The position numbers and the translations under genes are program-made. Positions 55,248 through 64,000 of a stretch of 64,000 bases of DNA are shown one piece after another (position 1 is the first letter of the stretch; the number at the start of each line of letters is the position of its first letter). Below the pieces are notes generated by a model, which did no database searches, had not been told where the DNA came from, and saw nothing but the letters and a program-made list of their open reading frames with translations. This DNA is from Epiperipatus broadwayi. Lineage: Eukaryota > Animalia > Onychophora. Location: positions 5,704,001-5,768,000 of the forward strand of contig JAQFVV010000001.1 in NCBI GenBank assembly GCA_028023455.1, written 5' to 3'.

Positions 55248-55314
55248 CTCAGATCCAAGGCTCCTCACTGACGAAGGCCATAAGCCAGAAACTAGTATGG
55301 GGATATTGGATGAG
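55248..55314 (+). ncRNA. Type I hammerhead, core intact, GUA cleavage triplet
   Basis: CUC-AG-AUCCAA-GGC-UCCUCA-CUGACGA-A-GGC cauaa GCC-A-GAAA-CUAGUA-UGGGGA-UA-UUGGAU-GAG. Confidence 0.82.
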
Positions 55315-55708
55315 TAGACACTAGATGGGGATTTTATGCACAAGCCTTCTTGCATCCATTGATTACTCTAGCTTGCTGTGTGTGGCAAAAAAAAAAATAT
55401 GTAGTGAGTTTTGCTGTTTTAACAACAGTTATATACAAGCATAAGAGGAGGTGGTCATGTGATGTTTATTGGCTTAAAACCAATCCTGCCTAATAGGATA
55501 GTGGTGGTTATGGTTATTTAAGAACCAAAGACACCAAAATATATGGGTACTGAACTGGGTTCAGACACATATGACTCTATAGGCTAATGGGCTTGGATTG
55601 AAAACATTAAGTTGTTTTCAGTTTAAGACTCATAGTTTAGTAGTTAAATGGAGATAAAAGATGGTTGCTGGAGGGTTGCATTAGATCCTAAGATCTAGAT
55701 GCAGTGCT

Positions 55709-55775
55709 CTCAGATCCAAGGCTCCTCATTGACAAAGGCCATAAGCCAGAAACTAGTCTGGAGATATTGGATGAG
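55709..55775 (+). ncRNA. Type I hammerhead, U3-A8 variant core, GUC cleavage triplet
   Basis: UUGACAA-A-GGC cauaa GCC-A-GAAA-CUAGUC. Confidence 0.75.
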
Positions 55776-58700
55776 TATGCACTAGATGGGGATTTTATGC
55801 ACAAACCTTCTGGCATTGATTGATTACTCTAGCTTGCTGTGTGTGGCAAAATATATATATAGTGAGTTTTGCCTGTTTTAATAAATAAGTTAATATATAC
55901 AGATTTTAAACAAAATTTTTTTAAAAAAATAAAAAAAAAATTTTGTAAATTAATAAGCCTAATAAGAGCATCTAAATGCTGCATACACTAGCTAAAGCAT
56001 ATAGCAAAGTTAAAAACTTTTTATGATGAGCTGAAAGGAGAGGGAGAAATTATCTCAAAGTTAATTGATATAAAGTTTAAAACACTTTTTAAAAAATAGA
56101 TTTTATTGAAGAGGGGGGGGGGGATGAGTAACTAATAATTACATTTTTATTTATTATACAGAAATAAATATATACAGAATCTTTATATTTACTATTTGCA
56201 TTAAAATATTATTGAAGTTTCTAACAGCAAATGAATGCTTTACTTATAAGTCAAATTTGAGAATAATAAATGCTATTAATCTCTTATATTCAAATTATCT
56301 GCTTTATAACAATACATATTAATTGTATCTTGACTTAAGATAAAGATTGATTACTATTTTAAAACACACACACACAAAATAAATCTTGCTTACCTAAATG
56401 ATAAAATTATTTCATTTCACTAAATGTTAGTCTTCAAATATTATGTGATCTCCTGAGCAATTAATTCTGATGAATAACACTGAATTAAAGGAATGATAAA
56501 CAATATACAATAAAAATTGACCTTCATGTGATCCTGTTTTAGTTACCATATTGTTTATTATTCAAACTTTAATATTTTGATATAATAAGCAGTAAAATGA
56601 AATATAAATAATAAAAAAATAAATTATCAATCAAAAAAAAAATCACTTTGATCAAGAATTTCCATGGCATCAATCTTTTAAACAACCAAAAGTGTTTATT
56701 CTTTCTTTCCTTATATCCTCAATTATTTTTTATGTTATTTCCTTCATTATTTTTACTTCAAATACTTATTGCTTCTTTAAGATAATCTCATTTATTTATT
56801 TTCTTTTTTCCCCTTACCTTTCATTAGCCATTCTAATATATTGTTTTATTTGATAGTGCATTCATTATTCATTTCACACCCCCCCCCCCCCAAATTTATA
56901 ACAATCTCCTGTATTCAAAGTCCTAAATATCCAAATTTATGGACAATAAAATACATACATAATATAGTCAAACAATAGGACATCAATTATCTGAATTAGT
57001 ATGGATAATCAAGCATATAGGAGAGTACCCAATTTATACAAAGCAAAGTCATTACTCTATATTATAAAATCTGAAATATTTGTTATTAAATGAATATCTA
57101 CTTATTTTTGAATAGAGTATAAAATAAGAAAATGACAAATCCTCAACATCTGGCATTTGACTAGCTTGTAAATATTGATATCTCCTTCACTAATTGTCAA
57201 TAATAGGATGATGAAGAAATCTTTGTTAATAAAAAAAATAAATGATCTATAAAAGGATTTGTAAACAATAATCAAGCAATGAGTATTTAGCTGGAATTAG
57301 AATATTTGATGCATTCAAAAATTAAAGTGCTGAACAAAATAGTTCTAAACAAAGATAATGTTTAAAATTAAACAAATATAAATATATCAAAATTGAGCAA
57401 TGAATTTTTACTGTGCAGCAATTTATCAAGTAAGCAATTTTTGTCTACAATAAATATAAAAATTATAAATTATCGATGGTAGTTTGCTATTTCCTGTCAA
57501 TCCCTTAAAATAGTTCAATTCTAGTATCTCAATATACAAAAATGTACACTTTATAAATATCTATTAGTATTGCTGCTAGAAGGTAGTTTGCATAGTATGT
57601 ACGACTTAAGTAGATAAAACTTTCAAGTTTGTTAATTGCTATTAAAAAAAAAATTATTCCTTGGTGTTCATACAAAATTCAAGCACTAGAGCTACAATTC
57701 ATGGATATTAAACTCTGGAATCTATTATTCTACCATGCATTGAAGTATGCAGGATACTATTTACCACTTATAATTAAGCATCTAGAAACAACAGAATACA
57801 AGTTCATTACCGTTTCAGCTCACATAGAGGTCAAGCTTTTAAATATTCTCTGCCTCAAAATCATATTACATTACTATGATTATTTTTATAAAAAGACTAA
57901 TGTTATGTTTCCAACTATATCTATCCACTTCAATTTCTTACCTAAGTTAGTATAATATTTTTTTTGATTTGTGTGTTACATATTATGTTTTTTCAACTAA
58001 TATATTTTTAATATTTAATAGAAAATAAGAAAACAACAATTGCAGAATAAATAAATAAATAAAAAAAGTTAAGTCTGTAAATGTATTTTTTTTAAGTTTG
58101 TTTTTTTGTAAACACTTTAATTTCTTAGTTATTAACACTATTTAAAAAAGTTAGAAATGGAGATTTCCGACATCATTATCTTGCTATTTTTAAAAACAAA
58201 TCTTAATATTATAAACCAAAAAAATTGAATTTTTCCAAACCAGTGGAACATTGAACAGTCAATTCAGAAAATCATTTTAAAATTATGCTATATGAAGAAA
58301 TGGGACTTAGAGACCAAAAAATTTAAGTTATATCATACTAATATATGTTGAGCACTAATATTTTGGCAATTGTTAAATATAAAACTCTTCTAATCTAAAA
58401 TTACAATGGTCATCAAACAATTGATTTATTTGTTAATAATATAATCAATCATATTATAAATTCAAATTTTTGAGAATGTTTTACATACACTGAGGATAGA
58501 CACTGATAAAAACACTGCAAACAGTGATAGTGATAAAGACAATATGGATGAGGAAAAAACTATTAGTTATTAATAATCTTAGCTATTGTTTGAGAGATGT
58601 AATTGAAAGATTAAAAGGAGACATCTTGATTAGGTTCCTATAAGGAAAGAAAACTGGTTTGATGTTTTAAATAAATTTTATTATCAATTTTATTTAAGCA

Positions 58701-58830
58701 TGATTAATATTTTAAATTTTAGATCTTGAAATTTGACATACAAAATGATTATATGTATATAGATGAGTTGACACATATTAATAAACAATTAAATTGTGAT
58801 ATAAATATATTATGACTCTTCTAAAGTAAA

Positions 58831-58900
58831 ATTTCATAAAAGCATTTGAAGGCTTTTTCATTTTAATGATTTATTTGAGTTTCAAATGCTTTTATGAAAT
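58831..58900. repeat. 70 nt hairpin with perfect 20 bp arms
   Basis: ATTTCATAAAAGCATTTGAA / TTCAAATGCTTTTATGAAAT. Confidence 0.9.
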
Positions 58901-59549
58901 GATAATATTCCTGCAATTTCCATTTGTTTTATAACAAGTCTACATTCTCAAGATCTCTGATAGTTTCCAATGGCAAATTAACTAAGAGGGAATTACTTTG
59001 CTATTTTGTACATTTTAGTTGGCTATTTACATAAAAGCATTATTTAAAAAAATTTTTTTTTTACATTTTTTTTAACTTAGTCAAGAATTCAATCAGAAAA
59101 TTTGCTTTTCAGAAAAATCTTAACAAGCTAATTAATGATTTAAATTATAACATTGTCATTTTCAGTCATTACTGATCCCCTAGAAGACAAAAGTCATTCC
59201 AAGTTTAATTTAGATTCTTCAATCATATTCTCTCTTTTCATGTGTCACACTTTATTTCATATATCCATCTCACAAGTGATCTCTTTCTACATCTTATACA
59301 ATCTCTTGGGATCAGGTTTAAGACTTCACCTGTTCATCTATTATCACCTTTTCTAATAATAAATATAACCATTCCCATTTCAGTTTCTTAATTCTTCAAT
59401 ATTAGAAATAATTATTTAGTCTTTATTTTCAATTTCTTTTTATTACATAAACATATCTATTAAAAACATTCCTTTTCAAATATATAAACATATTTATTTA
59501 TAATATTAAATTATAATTAACAAAAGGAATTCATTCAAGTTTAATTCCA

Positions 59550-60990
59550 TAACTATTTTCATCCATAATGTTTCCATCTCAATTAATAATCTGACCAAGA
59601 TATTTGTAACTGCTACCTTCTTTTAATTCATGATTATTGATCATTATTTTCTTCTGAAAAAACCAAATGAACATTACAATTCAATCTTTTTAATACTTAT
59701 CTTTAATCATATTGTCACTTGATAACTGTTGCAACATTTCCTGAACATTTTGTGCAAAATCTAAACAACATAAAAAAGATCCACAAATTTTTATTTCTAT
59801 AGCTTATTTCAATCCACAAAATACTTTCTTGTAAAATGGCTATAAAAGATAAGGAGGAAAAGAATCATCTCATTGTACACTCTTATCAGTGCTAATCTTA
59901 GTATCATCATGTATCCAATTACTGCTGTTACGTTTTGATAAAATATTTTCAAACTATGGCAACATCTCTATATCCTTATATTGAGTAACGTGGAAATGCT
60001 TATAAAATGAAATGCTTTTCATAATCTACCAATGAAAGGCATAATGGCATCTGATATTCATTGCCTTTTTATAACTTCTCAATATTTGAATGTGATCTTT
60101 CAATTTGCTAACTCACTTTTAATTCCACCTCATTTTTTTTGCTGTTTTGAATACTAAGTTTGCGTAAAATAAATTGTATTATCTAGCTAAAGATCTTATG
60201 AAGAACTGATCTAAAAATTGTAATATCTTCTTTATTACCTTTTTTAAATATCAATATCATTACTGCTTTTCTCCAATCATCTGTGATACATTTATCATTT
60301 GGTATATAGTTTTGCCAACAGTTTGTATTTTTTCATCTACTTAATTCCATCATTTCCTGGAGTTTTTCTATTGGTGTTTAATTATATATCCACCTCTCCA
60401 TTTAAAATACTTGGCGATTCAGAATATGTTGCAATTGCAGAATTACTTTATTTTCTTGTTCTTTATACAATTCTTTGTAAAGTCTTCGCATATCTCATAA
60501 CGTCACTCCACTTTCTAATGGACCATTTTCAAATATCTTTATATTCCTTTATTGTTCTGTCTTGTCAAAGTAAAAAAATCATTGGAAAATCCTTTTTTAT
60601 ACTAATTAACTTTGTAGTATCTAGTAGAACATCAGGGATTTTAGTAATCTCAGTCAAGTCTAAATCCTCTTCTAAATTTGTAAATATTTTTAAATGCTTA
60701 GCAAATTCCAATTTAAATTCATGACATGTTTCCGAAGTTTGGGAATATTCCTAATAGTTTTTGTGTTTGCAGTTTTGGATTAATATGTATCTTATATGAC
60801 AAATCAATGATTACTTCATGAATTAAATCTATTAAAAACATTATAATCTTGAAATACATTTTGTGTTGATCAAAATATAATCCGATTGGTTTACTTTCAT
60901 TTGGATGCTGCCATGGCTATTTAATTATTTTTTTCAAAGAAATTATTCACGTTTTTCTTTTTCTGTAAATTCCAATGTCTATATACTCTC
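59550..60990 (-). mobile_element. Decayed RTE LINE (endonuclease tail to RT)
   Basis: The minus strand shows RT-type fragments, including a KAPG-like motif near 60350, DWRKAVMI near 60270 and a decayed DYEKAF motif near 60020. Confidence 0.7.
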
Positions 60991-61299
60991 TCATTTCGGT
61001 CATCACAACTCTTTCGCTTTCCAAGTTTTCCAATTCTAAAATAAAAGCCTTCCATGACTTTAAACCTACTTTAACAAATATTTAATTTATAAAATAATTT
61101 AAATATTTATATTAAAATCCAAAGAATTTTAACTATTTTAGTCAATACAAATTTAGAATACGTTGGATTTAACTACCAAACTAATTCTACGTCATATTTT
61201 ACAAAATATTATATATTTTTAAATTTAAAATATTAAATTTTGACATGTTTTACATTCATTATTATGTATGCACCCACTACTATATAAATTATATAATCT

Positions 61300-62480
61300 T
61301 TAAACAACTACTTATCTTCGTTGTAGTTTTTAAATGAATAAAAATAAATAAGCATTAATTTTGTTAAGCCTCTACGCAATCAATGAGCTTAAATGCTTAT
61401 CTAAATTGAGCAACTAATTATTTAATATGCTTAATATTTTGAATTTAAATAATAAGCTTAAAATATCAGGAGCAGAAGAAAATGGGAGAAAAAATACCTG
61501 ATTTTCGGTACGATTATCGTTCATCTTAGTTAAGGTTTCCAGAAAGGTTATATCATTTTTATGCTGCTCTTTCAGAAAAAGAAATCCTAGTTATCGGTTT
61601 GGATTGTTATTTAAAACGTAACACTTTCTTTATAAATAATTCTTCGTAACTAAAGCGTTGTTAAACATTAATTGGACAGTCTTAGAAAAAAGCTCCTTTT
61701 AATAACGATTTATCTTTCGAGACCATGACAAACTTCAAATAAAAATTGTAATTTTGCATGTAACTAAGGTAAATTATATTGAAGCCGCATATATGTGTTC
61801 GACTGATAATTCTGAATATCAGCTGTTGAAAAAACTCACAGCAGATAATGTACTCGTCAAATTGTTCAACGGATAGGGATTACTATACATGGCGGAGAAA
61901 CTAATCACGTGCTTTATAAAATTATTCTTAGATTTACATCGTCCTTCATATTCTGTAATGAAAGTCGTACAATTGTATAAGATTTAATTAAAAATGATAA
62001 AACTGCATATAATATTCCCATATTCTTATTACTAATTTAAAAATTAAATATCTTTGAAATTTTATTTGAAGATTGAGAAAATCAGAATAAACGGCACCAG
62101 TTATGTAATTCTAAACCATTTTAACCTATAGAGAGCGGAAATAAACAAACAAGACCACGCCTTTAAATTTTACATCAATGCGACTGCGAATTTTTTTCGA
62201 AATTTTGCTAAACAAAAGTTGACATCTGTTTTATCCTTTCAAATCATCTGAAATCAGTTTACCCGTAGTAGAGTTTTATGAAAAATGTATATACATAATA
62301 TGTTTTTTGATTACTATTCTACATTAATGGTATACCTACGCTTGATATGAATTAATTTTGACGCTAAGACTAGCCTTAAATAAGTGTGCTTTTCAAAATT
62401 ATTTAGAAAATCCTCAGATGATGCCGAAGTAATGTATCTACCACCAAACCTTTGACCTTGGTTCGAATCCAGGCGGAATG
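61300..62480. promoter_or_regulatory. CpG-retaining island, candidate promoter/5' end of the TMEM272-like gene
   Basis: CpG dinucleotides are visibly frequent here and nearly absent from most of the window; the region contains the candidate start exon. Confidence 0.5.
61498..61524 (-). CDS. TMEM272: Candidate first coding exon: MNDNRTENQ
   Basis: ATG with A at -3, upstream in-frame stop, donor CAG|GTATTT, phase 0 matching exon 27721-27796, located in the CpG island. It is short, so a chance match cannot be excluded. Confidence 0.45.
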
Positions 62481-62600
62481 AAGTCATTTACAAGAGCTTG
62501 GGAACTTTCTCTCAGATAGTTGGATAACAGGCAATCTAGCTAACCATCCAAAATTAGTCAGTAAATGGATATTATCTTTAACTAGAGGGCAACTAGAAGG
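62412..62600 (+). mobile_element. Possible tRNA-derived SINE
   Basis: B-box-like GGTTCGAATCC at 62460-62470 with a decayed A-box-like segment about 40 nt upstream. Confidence 0.4.
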
Positions 62601-64000
62601 CAAAGTAAGAATGAGACTTTTATGAGTCTGACAAGTACTGCTCCTTCACTGTTCTTCTTTAGAAGATTATTGGAAATACCTTTATCCTGCAGTAGTTTAG
62701 TTATTATAAAAGACTTTTATTTACTTATTTAAAATGGTTTATTATAAAGTAATGAATGTAATAAGGAAAAAATATTGATTAATATGATATATATATAAGA
62801 ACAAAAATAAAAAATTAAACTTACAAAAAAAAAACAACAACAGAAAAATGAAATTAAGTAAATTAAAATATAGTAATAATAATAACTAACAAAAAAGAAA
62901 TCATAACACTTGTGTTTTTGTTATAATAAATAGCCTAATAGTCTAATAACATACAAAATTTATTGCTTTAAATATAGGCTTTTCTATAAAAATTATTGCT
63001 GATCTTAGGATGATAGTATTCATAAATAATTTTATAACATTTTCACTTTAAAAACACTATTTTTGATACTGTTACACTTGGAAACAAAATTAGTAGGATT
63101 CATTGGCCCATAATATAATTTGGAAATATGCATTTAAAACATTTTTTCACATATAAACTTCTACTACAATCTGGATTCAAATTACTTATTCCTCTTGGGA
63201 CCTTTATTCTTGTATTCATAGGCAAAAAGTAAAAAAAACAACAACTTTTTTTTAAAAATAATAAATGTAATTATAAATAAGTTCTAACTCCTCTGAGCAT
63301 GAGCTTTAATAATCTCTATTGACTTTAAAAGCATAAGTGTATGTGTATGCTCAGAGTTTATTTTCCAAATAAACCAGTCTTTGCTCACTGTGCTTAAATC
63401 AGGGCTTCAATCTTTTGGGTGCCTGAAATATAAATTATCAATTGAATTGTACAAATCTGTTCAATCTACTGCAGGAGAGAGTTAATCTCATTTTTAACCA
63501 CCTGCAATGAAATACAAAGTAAATTTTGAATTTACTGTAATAAATATTCTGTTATTTATTACGGTAATTGCTCTTAGTTCAAAATGTTTGAGTCTGGCTT
63601 ATTTATATATAAATTTAAGTAGAGAAGAAGGTGGCAACCATCTTTTTCTTGTAAAATTTCTGCCTTGTGTTTTGAATTGAGAATTCCCTGTGCCATCAGT
63701 ATTACATCTGATTGGCTGTCATATAAGCATTTTTAAGGTGCATCTGTCAAATGTTTCAGCCTTTTACATTATTATGAAGTATAATTAGGTAACTTTTCTT
63801 TTATCTCTAAAAGGAGCAAAGATGGTGTAGTAGGCAGCATTGGATTGATATTGATGTTTCATTTCTCATATTAACTCTATCCTCAGTCTGTGGTAATATT
63901 ATATTATTTTAAAATTGTTTTTTATAATTTATTTTAAAAAAAAAATTTTTTTTTTTGAATATGGACTTATTTATAAATGTAATTAATATATATTTTTATA

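Larger units (their letters stand above)
54870..55879. mobile_element. Hammerhead retrozyme family 1, locus G (best preserved)
   Basis: Minus arm to 55231, plus arm from 55234 with two hammerheads 461 nt apart; flanking direct repeat AATAAATAAGTTAATA at 54854-54869 and 55880-55895, partly overlapping the element ends. Confidence 0.93.

Noticed and set aside
26625-55879. The recurring repeat as a CRISPR array or simple satellite
   Set aside because: The context is eukaryotic, the units are about 460 nt with no spacers, and the copies are dispersed, inverted and flanked by TSDs.
56467-56500. CTGATGA as another hammerhead core
   Set aside because: No stem II followed by GAAA, and no stem I complement.
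14678-57955. Hydrophobic AT-rich ORFs (14678, 17848, 26027, 43967, 57629 and similar) as membrane-protein exons
   Set aside because: The F/I/L/K/N bias is what AT-rich non-coding DNA produces, most are on the strand opposite the gene, and none resembles the expected TMEM272 TM exons.

Overview
Very AT-rich, CpG-depleted animal genomic DNA, probably invertebrate; the species cannot be identified from the sequence. Most of the window appears to be intron of one minus-strand gene. Three small exons with compatible splice phases (61498-61524, 27721-27796, 8545-8655) spell MNDNRTENQ-DPESPPPQESGDQPPDYEQVTMGPD-GPPPSYESMFGRIKDARENSSGVCDFFQKVFSLILST, a TMEM272-like N-terminus. The introns are full of mobile-element debris: a pol-less LTR element whose gag runs into a coiled coil, a Tigger/pogo with nested inserts, two hAT elements (one enclosing an eEF2 fragment), several RTE-type LINE remnants, MITEs and hairpins. 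The main result is a non-coding repeat of about 456-461 nt at seven loci. It carries a type I hammerhead ribozyme with covarying stems, a non-canonical A/A junction flanking stem II, a palindromic minimal stem III, and flanks that pair into a long rod. Every insertion is inverted with the element 3' ends facing outward, most end at two preferred points, and four have exact target-site duplications of about 13 bp. This looks like a retrozyme or non-autonomous Penelope-like family. A second, unrelated minimal-hammerhead element forms a palindrome at 41.1-41.5 kb. All alignments and folds were done by eye, and ribozyme activity is untested.
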